Positions 34,609 through 46,215 of a stretch of DNA of 64,000 nt are shown piece by piece. The DNA lies in the NCBI GenBank assembly GCA_051313645.2, contig JBNRSN020000031.1:36084001-36148000 (forward strand). The letters run 5' to 3'. Within the stretch, counting starts at the first letter, position 1; each line of letters begins with the position of its first letter. The notes beneath the pieces were generated by a model, which saw nothing but the letters and a program-made list of their open reading frames with translations, was not told where the DNA came from and did no database searches. The translations under genes and the position numbers were made by a program. The stretch comes from Centroscyllium fabricii (Eukaryota).

Positions 34609-35605
34609 TGGAGGTGCCGGTGTTGGACTGGGGTGGATAAATGCAAGAAGTCACACAACACCAGATTTTAGTCCAACGGTTTTATTTTAAATCACAAGCT
34701 TTCGGAGCGCTGCTCCTTCCTCAGGTGGACAGAGAGAGACTGACTTAAAGATCACATATCGGAGGAAGGGAGAAATCCGAACTCTTCCACATCTCACCCT
34801 AGAGACAGAGAGCACACAAAGGCATATTAACATATTTTAACACCTCAGTCTGCGAGCAATGAGGCACAGTCGCAAGGGGGGTCAAATGCTGCAAAACACA
34901 CAGAATGATTTTTAAAAAGGGGAATTTCCTTACAAGACAATGATGTCCCTAGTCCGGATGACTCTACGTCAGGCGGGACATCAAAGCAGTCCAAGATTTT
35001 CCAACATATCAAAAGGGTGCAGTCACAGGGTCAAATGTTAGTCTGCTGTAAATCCCACAGAATGATTTTTTAAATAAAAACCATGATTTTTCTTACTTAA
35101 AATCGCAGAACAAGCCGAAGATGGTTCGAGTCTGGATGACTCTACGTCAGGCGGGGTCACATGTAGCGTGACATAAACCCAATATCACGGTTGAAGCCGT
35201 GCTCATGGGTGCGGAACTTGGCAATCAGCCTCTGCTCGACGATTTTTCGTTGTCGTGTATCTCGAAGGCCCGCCTGACGTAGAGTCATCCGGACTAGGGA
35301 CATCTTTGTCTTGTAAAGAAATTCCCCTTTTTTTAAATCATTCTGTGTGTTTTGCAGCATTTGACCCCCCTTGCGACTGTGCCTCATTGCTCGCAGACTG
35401 AGGTGTTAAAATATGTTAATATGCCTTTGTGTGCTCTCTGTCTCTAGGGTGGGATGTGGAAGAGATCGGATTTCTCCCTTCCTCCGATATGTGATCTTTA
35501 AGTCAGTCTCTCTCTGTCCACCTGAGGAAGGAGCAGCGCTCCGAAAGCTTGTGATTTAAAATAAAACCGTTGGACTATAATCTGGTGTTGTGTGACTTCT
35601 TGCAT
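34609..35605. mobile_element. Penelope-like element, truncated, with inverted pseudo-LTR arms
   Basis: ORF end EQRLIAKFRTHEHGFNRDIG (minus, 35157-35268); ~340-bp inverted arms; 14-bp TSD TTCTGCCTTCTATG. Confidence 0.88.
35522..35550 (+). ncRNA. Minimal hammerhead-ribozyme-like motif in a Penelope pseudo-LTR (also at 46094, 52293 and in the minus-strand arms)
   Basis: CTGAGGA-A-GGAGC-AGC-GCTCC-GAAA-GCTT: core boxes, paired stem II, palindromic stem III region. Confidence 0.65.
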
Positions 35606-35819
35606 TTCTGCCTTCTATGCAGTAATCTATCTCCTGCATATTTCTTTTAATATATAAACCGCTTGAGTTGTATCTGTAAACACTGCTTGCTTTCTGCCTT
35701 GTTGAGACAAAACTTCAGAGATTCCACAATCTAAATAATCATAACGTTGGAAGCAGAGAGTGACTTGGCAGCCTGTTATTGTGCTGTGGTACACTGTGAA
35801 AGTGTGACCCGACGCAAAA

Positions 35820-36444
35820 TTTTCAATGCTCTGCGCATGCGCTCGCCGGTACCTGGCAGTTGATTTTCGGCCCAAGGGTCAGGTGGAACTCGCACTCGAT
35901 TCTGCTGCGGGTCAGGGAGCGGGCTGCACAGCTCCAGCGGGCCTGAGGCCCAATGCGCGGCTCAAGCCCGGCTCATTTGACGCTACCGCACGCCAGCTTC
36001 GGAACGCGGTGACGTCGGCACGCAGCCATCGATTCTGCTGCGGGTCGGGGAGCGGGGTGCACGGCTCCAGCGGGCCTGAGGCCCAATGCGTGGCTCAAGC
36101 CCGGCTCACGTGACTCCACCGCACGCCAGCTTCGGAACGCGGTGACGTCGGCACGCAGCCAGGCAGGAGCCTCCGGCAGCGATGGGCACCGGGCATTGCC
36201 TGTATCGCGTCCTGCGAAAGGCGGCTGGCACAACAGCTCATCTTCTGGGCCTGGGATTCACCATCGGCATCGGGGTGGTCACTAAGCCGGGATCCAGTGA
36301 GTATATGTTAGGTGAAAGGGAAGCCCAGCCCCAACGGTGGCCATTTTGAATTGTCTGCGCATGCACCGGGGCAGTCGGGGAAATCTGTGCCGAACGACTG
36401 AAGCTGCCGGTTTATCGGGTGCCGGATTAATGAACTTCAACCTG
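35820..36444. mobile_element. Tigger-like MITE remnant with an internal ~133-bp tandem duplication
   Basis: Right TIR CAACCTG-TA; 35897-36028 repeated at 36030-36161. Confidence 0.7.
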
Positions 36445-36446
36445 TA

Positions 36447-36695
36447 GTTGGCAAAAGAACCAGAGACGACATCAGGAAACTTTTTTTTACGCAGCGAGTT
36501 GTTGGGATCTGGAATGCGCTGCCTGAAAGGGCGGTGGAAGCAGATTTAATAATAACTTTCAAAAGGGAATTGGAGAAATACTCGAAGGGGAATGGAGAAA
36601 GAGCCGGGGGAGTGGGATTAATTGGATAACTCTACCAAAAGAGACAGGATGGGCCCAATGGCCTCCTTCTGTGCTGTATTATTTGAAGATTCTAA
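36447..36695 (+). mobile_element. CR1 3' end fragment
   Basis: TTTTACGCAGCGAGT..TGGAATGCGCTGCCTGAAAGGG..ATGGCCTCCTTCTGTGCTGTA. Confidence 0.75.
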
Positions 36696-36909
36696 TGGAC
36701 ATGACGAGCCTGCCACAGACACACACTTTGCTTATAGGGCAGCTGTGCAGATTGAAAGAACCGCTTCTTTTCCTCTGGATAGGCCATATATTAAAATGAG
36801 GAAAATGTAGAAAACTTTTTTTATGATGTGTGATGAAATCATGAATTCGTACATAAATGACGCGTACAATTGATTACAGGCAATGTACAGTCAAGTTCTT
36901 CCCCTACGT

Positions 36910-37360
36910 GTCAGCCATGGCTCAGTGGGCAGCACTCTCTCTCTCTCTCTCTCTCTCTCGCCCCTGAGTCAGAGGTCGTGAGTTCAAGTCCCACTCCAGA
37001 CACTTGAGCACAAAAATCTAGGCTGACACTCCAGTGCGGTGCTGAGGGAGCGCTGCACTGTCGGAGGTGCCGTCTTTCCGATGAGACGTTAAACCGAGGT
37101 CCCGTCTGCTCTCTCAGGTGGATGTAAAAGATCCCAGGGCATTATTCCAAAGAGGAGCAGGGGGAGTTCTCCCCGGTGTCCCGGCCAATATTTATCCCTC
37201 AACCAACATCACTGATCCGGTCATTATCACATTGCTGTTTGTGGGAGCTTGCTGTGCGCAATTTAGCTGCTGTGTTTCCAACATTACAACAGTGACTACA
37301 CTTCAAAAAGTACTTCATTGGCTGTAAAGCGCTTTGGGACATCCTGAGGTCATGAAAGGC
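36910..37360 (+). mobile_element. DeuSINE (SacSINE1-like), near full length
   Basis: tRNA head TGGCTCAGTGG..GTTCAAGTCCC with an expanded (CT)n, Deu domain, L2-like tail. Confidence 0.88.
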
Positions 37361-37820
37361 ACCTTCAGAAATTCTGTCCTCGGGTCTGTACCCTTAATTG
37401 GTTATTTTGGGGGTGGGGGAAATGTACAGTTAATTTCAAGAGTCTTCATATTTCATTTTTCAGTCAATTGCACCCCCCCCCCCCCCCCCACACAAGTACA
37501 TCCACACTTTTGTGCAAATGGTTGATCTGTGCTTTTTTTTTTAATTAAAGAAATTTAATTGATACAGCAACTTATCATGGTCCCCAGAACGTCCCACAGC
37601 ACTTTACATTATCAATGAATTATTAGTTGAAGTGCAGTTGCTGTTGCTTTGTGAACAACCACAGCAGTTTATTTGCACATAGCAAGGCCCCACCAACAGC
37701 AAACAAATGAATGACCAGTTAAGTTGTTTGAAGTGTCGTTGCTGGGGGAGAAATGTTGGCCTGGACAGCAGGAGAATTGCCTACTCGCTTTCGAATTGCA
37801 ACGTGGGCTTGCTTCGTCCT

Positions 37821-38128
37821 GTTCCTGGGACTAGGGACAGGGTCACTGGCAAGGCTTGGAAGCTAAGCAGAGCCAGGCCTGCTTAGTACTTGGATGGGTG
37901 ACCACCAGGGAATACCAGGTGCAGAAGGGCACGAAAGGAGCCCCGGGGAGGGGCGGTTGGCTGAAGATTATCGGAATGATCGAAAGCTGGAATGGCGGCG
38001 CGCACAGATGCAGCGGCTTTGCTGGACTCTTGGGAGCGTGCAAGATCACATTTCGTTGTTCATGTACTTGTACATTGTATAATGACAATAAAGTTGAATT
38101 ATTATTATTATTATTATTATTAATAATA
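37821..38128 (+). mobile_element. 5S rRNA-derived SINE with Rex1-like tail, copy 2
   Basis: 37858-37928 aligns ungapped to the 3' part of vertebrate 5S rRNA (about 61/71 by manual count); (TTA)n tail. Confidence 0.88.
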
Positions 38129-38354
38129 GGTGTGTGGACAAGGATTCAGTTCAATGCCTCCTCCAAAAGACAGCACCTCTGACAGTGCAGCACTCCCTTG
38201 GTACTCCCCTAAGTGTCAGCTTAGACCTTGTGGTGAAGTCCATATTGGAGCTTGAACCCAGAACCTTCGGGCTCGGGTGAGAGCTACCAACTTGGCCTAG
38301 TTGACACTTCTGCTGGAGTCGACACTTCTGCTGGAGTCGACACTTAAGAGTTCG

Positions 38355-39637
38355 AGGGTGCGAAATTTAAGGGTGTAGCGCCGGCCGTTAAGGTCGGTTT
38401 TGCTGAAAAAAATGACAGACACCTCACTTCCAGCGCGGAACACAGCGGCCGCCATTTTGGGGGAGGCCGTTGGCGCTGCCGTTGCCTGCGCTCGCCTCCT
38501 ACATGTAAATATGCAGATTATGACGTCAATCGGCGTGCAATGCCTGAATTGAGACACGAATGTGATTTAGGATGTCGCCACTCTGGATTACCGCCCTCTC
38601 CAAAGCACGCACGGAAGAACGTGCGTGCAGCAGTACTACAGAGACGCTGCCAGCGCTTCTTAAAGTGACACACACTTCTTTCGGGTAAGTTTTGATTTTA
38701 GCTTTTGGACTTTTGTTTTTTATATTTTATTGGAGTAGTAATAATAATAATAATAATAATTCAACTTTATTGTCATTATACAATGTACAAGTACATGAAC
38801 AACGAAATGTGATCTTGCAAGCTCCCAAGAGTCCAGCAAAGCCGCTGCATCTGTGCGCGCCGCCATTCCATCTTTCCATCATTCCGACAATCTTCAGCCA
38901 ACCGCCCCTCCCCGGGGCTCCTTTCGTGACCTTCTGCACCTGGTATTCCCTGGTGGTCGCCCATCCAAGTACTAACCAGGCCTGGCTCTGCTTAGCTTCC
39001 AAGCCTTGCCAGTGACCCTGTCCCTAGTCCCAGGAACAGGGCTGCGTGTTTGGTGCAAGAGTTGTTAGTGTGCAGGGAGTGCTGCTGGACACTTGCAAGA
39101 CTTTGGATGTTCAAGGAAGGCTTCTGCGAACACCACTTTGCTCCCAGTCCTGGGGGCTGTAGTTGCAGCCCCACCCCCCCCCCCTTGGACTGCAGCATGA
39201 CATGGAGATGAAGCAGAGGCAGCAAAGGGGACCGACTGCTCGCGGAGGAAGAAGTGGAAGAGCCATTTGTGTTGGTGCTGCAGCACTTTTACCACTTGTT
39301 ATGTGCAGAAGATAATTCAGCTTTAGTAGCTGCAGACTGCCTAGTTTTGAATGACTTTAAATTTTTTAGCCAGAAGGCAGTTTCCCTTTAAGGGCTAGAG
39401 ACTGCCTTGAAAGCTAGCAGCCTAGCTTTAAGAAAAGGCGGCGGCGCTCCAGCCATGCGACCTTGGGGCCCCTGCTGAGCGCACTGCCTGTCTGCAGCGC
39501 GTTCGGCCCTAGGCTGTGCGCTAAATTAGTAGACTGCACCAAATTGACGTGCTGCCTGCATTTCTGAATGGGCGTGGGCATATCTCGCCTCGCGGTGCAC
39601 GTGCCTAATTTTGGGCCTTATCGAATTTCCCGACCCC
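38355..39637. mobile_element. GC-rich Harbinger-like MITE hosting SINE3 copy 3
   Basis: Imperfect TIRs GGGTGCGAAATTT / GAATTTCCCGACCC; no clear TSD. Confidence 0.5.
38739..39037 (-). mobile_element. 5S rRNA-derived SINE with Rex1-like tail, copy 3
   Basis: Near-identical reverse complement of 37821-38128. Confidence 0.88.
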
Positions 39638-39868
39638 ACTCTTGTAAACCGTGCTTACCTATTCAGGAACAGAGGGATCTTGGAGTGTATGTCCACAGAT
39701 CCTTAAAGGTAGCAGGACAGGTAGATAAGGTGGTTAAGAAGGCACACGGAATGCTTGCCTTTATTAGCCGGGGCATAGACTAGAAGAGCAGGGAGGTTTT
39801 GCTAGAACTGTATACAACACTGGTTAGGCCACAGCTAGAGTACTGCATGCAGTTCTAGTCACCACATA

Positions 39869-41375
39869 AGATAGATAAGATAATTTTATTGCCATATGTA
39901 ACTGGTACAATGGAATGCTTACTCCCCATTCACTCCCACAATATAAGTATAACATATTAACTAGAAGCAGGAGCAGGCCATTCGGCCCTTCGAGCCTGCT
40001 CCGCCATTCAATGAGATCATGGCTGATCATCCAAACCCAGCACCCCGCCCCTGCCCTCTCCCCAAATCCCTATCGAGTCTGCATCGACACATATCCCACC
40101 CTATCCCCATATATTCAATCCCCCTAACACTAAGGTCAATTTATCATGGCCAATCAACCTCACCCGCACATCTTTGGTATAAAAAGCAAAAGTAAAAAAA
40201 CAAGTATAAATAGAAAAATAATAAACAAACAACTGCAGTTAGCAGTTCAGTAGGCGCACTGCCTGTGGGTAGAAACTGTTCCTGAACCTGCTGGTCCTGG
40301 TTCAGATGCTGCGGTACCGACGGCCGGACCGCAGGAGGGAGAACAGATCGTGCCCAGGGTGGTTGAGGTCCTGGATGATGGAGCGGGCCTTGTTCCGACA
40401 CCTGGTCTGGAAGATCTCCTCGATAGATGGAAGTGCAGACCCGATGATCTTTTCTGCCGTCCTCACGACCCTCTGAATGGCTTTCCTGTCCTGAGCAGTG
40501 GTGTTACCATACCGCACAGTGACGCTGTAGCATAGCCACTAGGGGGAGACACTCTGGTCTCCCGAGGACGTTATAATCCCCATTCCAGAGTTGGTCCCGC
40601 CCCTGTTTCCCCATTGGGTGGTTGGATCAACAGTTCTGGTTCCTGATTGGTCCTGCGGGCTGTCAGTCAAAGGCCCCATGATGCTTTGCGGTTACGCGCC
40701 TTTTGTGAGTTCGTGGTGTTTGGATTGAAACCAATAAAGACCTGTTAAAGCTTGCTCCGCGATCTTTCGACTTTTTATTGATTTTAAAGAGTGGGGAACG
40801 GCCGTTTCCTACAACGCCACCCGGCAGGACGCTCTCTATGGTGCCGCGGTAAACGTTCATAAGCCATTGTGTGCTTATGCTGCATTTCCTCAGGCACCGT
40901 AGAGGGTAGAGTTGCTGGTGTGCCTTCTTCAGCATTGCCTCAGTGTTGTAGTTCCAGGTCAGGTCATCAGAGATCTGCAGACCCAGGAATCGGAAGCAAC
41001 TGACTACTTCTACCGATAATTGGTCGGTGGTTCCCTCGATGGCTTCTGAAGTCCACGATGAGTTCCTTAGTCTTGCTGGCATTCAGGGCAAGGTTGTTAT
41101 TCTTACACCATCTCATCAGCTGAACTATCTCATCCCTGTACTCCGTCTCATCCTCGTTGCTAATCAGGGCGATTACCGTGGTGTCATCGGCAAACTTTAT
41201 TATCCGGTTGTTGCTGTGTCGGGCTGTACAATCGTTTGTAAACAGAGAATACAACCGAGGACGGAGGCAGCAGCCTTGTGGCGCTCCGGCATTGAGGACC
41301 AGTGTGGATGAGGTGTTGTTCCCTATTTTCACCACTTGAGGCCTACCAGTCAGGAAGTCCAGAATCCAGTTGCAA
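39869..41375 (-). mobile_element. Rex1/Babar LINE fragment containing an HE1-like piece (39962-40176) and a solo LTR
   Basis: [36 protein letters not shown]; tail GGCAATAAAATTATCTTATC. Confidence 0.88.
40526..40813 (+). mobile_element. Solo LTR
   Basis: TGTAG..CTACA inverted termini; 4-bp TSD ACGC; AATAAA at ~40733. Confidence 0.85.
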
Positions 41376-42319
41376 TTGTACCTTTACATTGCAGGAAGGA
41401 TGTGATTGCAGTAGAGAGGATGCAGAGGAGATTTACCAGGATGTTGCCAGCACTGGAAAACTGAAGCTATGAGGAAAGATTGGATAGTCTGGGGTTGTTT
41501 TCCTTGGAACACAGGAGGCTGAGGGGAGATTAAATTGAGGTGTATAAAATTATGAGGGGCCGAGATAGAGTGGACAGGAAGGAGCTATTTCCCTTAGCAG
41601 AGACGTCAATAACTAGGGGACAGAGATTTAAAGTAATTGGTCGAAGGATTAGAGGGGAGTTGAGGAGAACAACATTTCACCCAGAGGGCGGTGGGGGTCT
41701 GGAACTCACTGCCTGAAAGGGTGGTAGAGGCAGAAACCCTCATCACATTTAAAAAGTACTTGGATATTCACTTGAAGTGCCGGAACCTACAGGGCTACGG
41801 ACCAAGTGCTGGAAAGTGGGATTAGGCTGGAGAGCTCTTTGTCGGCCGGCACGGACACGATGGGCCGAATGGCCTCCTGTGTCGGAATTTTTCCATGATT
41901 TACTCATGCTATGAAACCCACAGTGACGAGGTTCTGTTTTGTCCTGGAGCACATATTGCTAAAAAAAAAGAGTTGGGTATTGTCTTAAGTAATCAGAAAT
42001 ATAGCGCGTCATTTCCAAATTCAATTCAGCCGAAAGTCCTTTGTACTTCCATTCCATGACTTGGTTTGTATTCGGTGGAAAATGAGTTAAATTATCTCCT
42101 GTTGCAGCAAAGCCTGAATGTTGGGATATATTGAAGTATTTATATTATGCAATTGAGTGATGATTGTCAACACTACATATTTCAATGAGGCCATCCCAAA
42201 ACATTTTCCATTTTCCTGATTCTTTTCGAAATCTATTTCTGTGCCTGTGTCCTGTGACCTTGGGTTTCAGTATACAGTAGTACATGTCTGCGTTACAACA
42301 GTGTAGTTTCATTTTGTGC

Positions 42320-42740
42320 TCGCTGACCTACATTGGCACCCGGTTAAGCAACGCCTCGATTTCAGAATTCTCATCCTTGTTTTCAAATTCCTCCATACCC
42401 CTCGCCCCTCCCTATCTCTGTAAGCTCCTCCAGCCCCACAACCCCCCGAGATTTCTGCGCTCCTCTAATTCTGGCATCTTGAGCATCCCTGATTTTAATC
42501 GCTCCTCCATTGGCGGCCGTGCCTTCAGCTGCCGAGACCCTAAGCTCTGGAATTCCCTCCCTAAACCTCTTCACCTCTCTCTCCTCCTTTAAGACGCTCC
42601 TTAAAACCAACCTCTTTGACCGAGCTTTTGGTCACCTGCCCTCATATCACCTTATGTGACTCGGTGCAAATTATGTTTGATAATCGCTCCTGTGAAGCGC
42701 CTTGTGACGTTTTACTACGTTAAAGGCGCCGTATAAACAC
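42320..42740 (+). mobile_element. L2 LINE 3' fragment
   Basis: LAPPYL..LRSS..GGRAFS..PKLWNSLP; tail GTGAAGCGCCTTG..AAAGGCGC. Confidence 0.85.
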
Positions 42741-42743
42741 AAG

Positions 42744-43483
42744 GGGCTAGAGATTTGGTGGCTTGTGCCCGCCGTTAGGCGCTAATGGAGCGCAAGACAC
42801 CTCGCGCCTGGGCTGGCGCCTCCAGAGATATTCAGTGGGGGGCTGACGTGGGCGGTAGCCGGCAGCACCCCACTGAATATTAGCCTCTGTTCGCCTCCAG
42901 GGCTGACGTCGTCATAAGAGCGTGCAGCACCACTCTCGCACTTGGGAGCGACATTGAGTCGCGCCCGGTGAGTTTTCGGCGGGTGCTGCCCGCGACAGCT
43001 TCACCCTGTCGTAACTGCAGCGGGGGAGCGCTGCTTAAAGGGGAGGGTGCTGGGCGGCCATTTTTGTTGCTGGCCGACTGCCAGCACCTTCCCCCTCTGC
43101 CCCTCCCCCCCGGTGTTATGCCTCCGATCACTGAGCCCGGCACTTTTCTCGAGTGCCGGGCTCCTTCAGCGACATGGCATCTCACGGCCGCCCCGCGGGG
43201 CTCCGGCCGAAACCACGCTAGGCCCCTCCCCTTTAATCAGGGGAGGAAGGCCTGCGGTACCGCGGCGCGGCACTCTGTGCTGCGTGGCGCTTCAGCCCAC
43301 AGCGCCGGAACTTCGGTTGTAGCGCTTAAGGAACGAGGTCGGGCGCCTGCGGTAGCGCCCGGCCTCCTACTTTGGGCGCTACAACCGAATATCAGCAGGA
43401 ACGGCGTCAGCGGTAGGCGGGCGCTAAAAGTAGCGCACCGCCGCGGTTAACGCCAGAAAACGTGCGCGACCCAATTTATCCCC
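42744..43483. mobile_element. GC-rich Harbinger-like MITE
   Basis: GGGCTAGAGATTTGG / CCAATTTATCCCCC imperfect TIRs; AAG on both flanks. Confidence 0.6.
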
Positions 43484-44029
43484 CAAGTTGTTGTTTTTGT
43501 TGTAGGCCCATGGAATTGGTTTGAAATTGGCATTTAGAACCTAAAATTGTTGCCCAAGGAGATTGTAATTTTAAAAATGTTCTATAAATGTATCAAAGGG
43601 CTCTTTGTTTGATAGTTGTGAAACATTGCTGAGATAGACTTTCGCCCCATCAATGTGGATTTGAATTCGACCGAGTGTGCAAACTAATGTGCTGCCCTAT
43701 CGCCTGTGAGTGGCTGATTTATTTTTTGGTTTGTTTTGTGCAACCAAACTATGCACTTTTTTTTCCAAATTTACCTGGTAACCTAACAAGATTCTGCTGT
43801 ATTTGGTCTCACCCTGTGCCACTCGTTTTCACAACGGGGAGAGTGTCCACCTTTCTGATCCTTCTCATCTATCCCGATGATTATAGACCTCCGGCCCACT
43901 CGCATAGATTTTGTATCCTGTGACTGCCAGGATGGTACAAGGCGGACTAGACGGACCTTGGCCTTTTCTCCTCTGGCGGTTCCTATGTATTTCTCGGCGC
44001 CTCTCTGTTGTGATCTCTTTGCACTTTTT

Positions 44030-44678
44030 AGAAACATGGAAGATAGGAGCAGGAGTAGGCCATTCGGCCCCTCGAGCCTGCTCCGCCATTCAGTGAGATC
44101 ATGGCTGATCATCCAAACTCAGTACCCTGTCCCTGCCTTCTCCCCGTATCCCTTGATCCCTCTAGCCTTAAGAAATATATCCAGCTCCTTCTTGAATATA
44201 TTCAATGAACTAGCCTCCACCGCCCTCTGTGGTAGAGATTTCCACAGGTTCACCACTCTCTGGGTGAAGAAATCCCTCCTCACCTCAGTCCTAAATGAGT
44301 TACCCCTTATCATTAGACTGTGACCCCTGGTTCTGGACTCTCCGACCATCGGGAACATTCTTCCTGCATCAAGTTTGTCTAGACCAGTTAGAATTTTATA
44401 CGTTTCGATGAGATCCCCTCTCCATCTTCTAAACTCCAGAGAGTACAAACCCAGTCTACCCAGTCTCTCCTCGTACGTCAATCCTGCCATCCCAGGTATC
44501 AGCCTGGTGAATCTCCTCTGCACTCGCTCCATGGCAAGAACGTCCTTCCTTAGATAAGGAGACCAAAACTGCACAGAGTACTCAAGGTGTGGTCTCACCA
44601 AGGCCCTGTACAACTGCAGCAAGACCTCCCTGTTCCTGTACTCGAACCCTTTCGCTATGAAGGCCAACATACCATTTG
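44030..44678 (-). mobile_element. CR1 3' fragment (family supplying the common HE1-like tail)
   Basis: Open 183-aa RT C-terminus ..GIKGYGEKAGTGY followed by the tail shared with the SINE. Confidence 0.92.
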
Positions 44679-44982
44679 TTTGTGGTTGGAAGCGGAGAGG
44701 AGCACTCTAAAGGCTCCTGTTGTGAGACCACTTCTATTCACTGTGCACTTCACCGATTTGGATATAGGGCTGATGGGGGGGTTGTCCAAATTTGCAGACA
44801 AACTAAAATAGGAGGCATAGTAAATGATTCTAAAGATTAAAGGAAACTGTAAGGGGACATTCCATAATCTGATATGAACAAAAAATTGGCAGATGGAACT
44901 CAATGTCAGTACGTGTGTGGTGGCACAGTATTTTTTTTTTAAGTCATGATCAAACTTTGGAGGAGTTCTGGGTGATCTAGAA

Positions 44983-45349
44983 CAGCGGTCCCCAACCTTT
45001 TTTGCACCACGGACCAGTTTCATGCAGGACAATTTTTCCACGGACCGGGGGGAAGAATCATGTGCATAACAAAACACAATAAAGTGCACATTATATAACA
45101 GGGGTGGCCAAAGTTCATTTTGCAGAGCAGCCGCTCGGCGGCGCCACCATTTCCCGGGAAGGGTGAGCGAGCGCCGAAGGCGTCGGGCGTTTGGGTTTTT
45201 TTTTTTTTTCGGTTTTGTAAGTGTTCTATCCCCGGGCTCCCTCCCGGGGAGTGTTCTACCCGCGCGCTCCGGGCCCCGGGGAGTGTTCTCCCGCAGTGGT
45301 CCGGCACCGGCCTGGTCCCGAGGGTGCCGGATTAACGGTGCTCAACCTG
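44983..45349. mobile_element. Composite DNA-transposon remnant: Charlie3/MER1-like left end joined to a Tigger-like right end
   Basis: ATCTAGAA-CAGCGGTCCCCAACCTTTTT..GACAATTTTTCCACGGACC; right end CGGTGCTCAACCTG-TA. Confidence 0.65.
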
Positions 45350-45449
45350 TACTGGGTTTCATGGCAAGAGGTAAAGAATATAAAAGCTGAGATGCAATGG
45401 TGAATCTAAATAAAACCTTCGTAAGACCACAGTTGGAGTACTGTCAGTT

Positions 45450-45775
45450 TACGAGGATGTTGCCAGCACTGGAAAATTTCAGCTATGAAGAAAGATTGGA
45501 GAGGCTGGGGTTGTTTTCTTTGGAACAGAAGGAGGCTGAGGGGAGATTTAATTGTGGTGTATAAAATTATGAGGGGCCGAGATAGAGTCGATAGGAAGGA
45601 CCTATTTCCCTTAGCAGAGAGGACAATAATCAGGGGGCGGAGATTTAAAGTAATTGGGAGAAAGGTTAGAGGGGAGTTGAGGAGAACATTTTTCACCCAG
45701 AGGGTGGTGGGGGTCTGGAACTCACTGCCTGAAAGGGTGGTAGAGGCAGAAACCCTCATCACATTTAAAAAGTAC
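45450..45775 (+). mobile_element. CR1 fragment nested in an older CR1
   Basis: RRLRGDLIVVYKIMRG..FFTQRVVGVWNSLP. Confidence 0.82.
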
Positions 45776-45985
45776 AGGATGTTGAAGCAATGAAGAGGAT
45801 GCAACACAGATTAACTGGGCTACTGCCCGGTATAAATATGAAGAAAGACTTGAAAAGTTGGGTATTTCTCATTAGACAGAGGAGATTAAAGGTTTAAAAG
45901 CAAAATACTGATGGAAAGTCATCGACCTGGAACGTTAATCGCACATTTCTCTCTCCACAGATGCTGCCTGACTTGAGTGTTTACA

Positions 45986-46215
45986 AATGCAAGAAGTCAC
46001 ACAACACCAGATTATAGTCCAACAGTTTTATTTTAAATCACAAGCTTTCGGAGCTTTTGCCCCTTCGTCAGGCGAAAGCAGTCTCTCTTTCGCCTGAGGA
46101 AGGGGCAGACGCTCCGAAAGCTTGTGATTTAAAATAAAACTGTTGGACTATAATCTGGTGCTGTGTGACTTCTTGCATTTGTCCACCCCAGTCCAACACC
46201 GGCACCTCCACATCA
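45986..46215. mobile_element. Minimal fold-back Penelope insertion
   Basis: ~95-bp inverted arms plus a ~33-nt one-sided extension; 12-bp TSD TGAGTGTTTACA. Confidence 0.88.

Larger units (their letters stand above)
39662..41900 (+). mobile_element. CR1 3' fragment split by a Rex1 insertion
   Basis: EQRDLGVYVHRSLKV at 39662-39868 continues at 41385-41900 to the tail. Confidence 0.82.

Noticed and set aside
37858-37928. 5S rRNA gene
   Set aside because: The 5' ~45 nt of 5S and the terminator are absent, and the segment is embedded in a dispersed element with a LINE tail.
37856-38182. Repeated ~90-108 aa ORF (EAKQSQAWLVLGW..) suggesting a small gene family
   Set aside because: It is a chance open frame through the 5S SINE with a non-ATG start and a poly-Leu end from (TTA)n.
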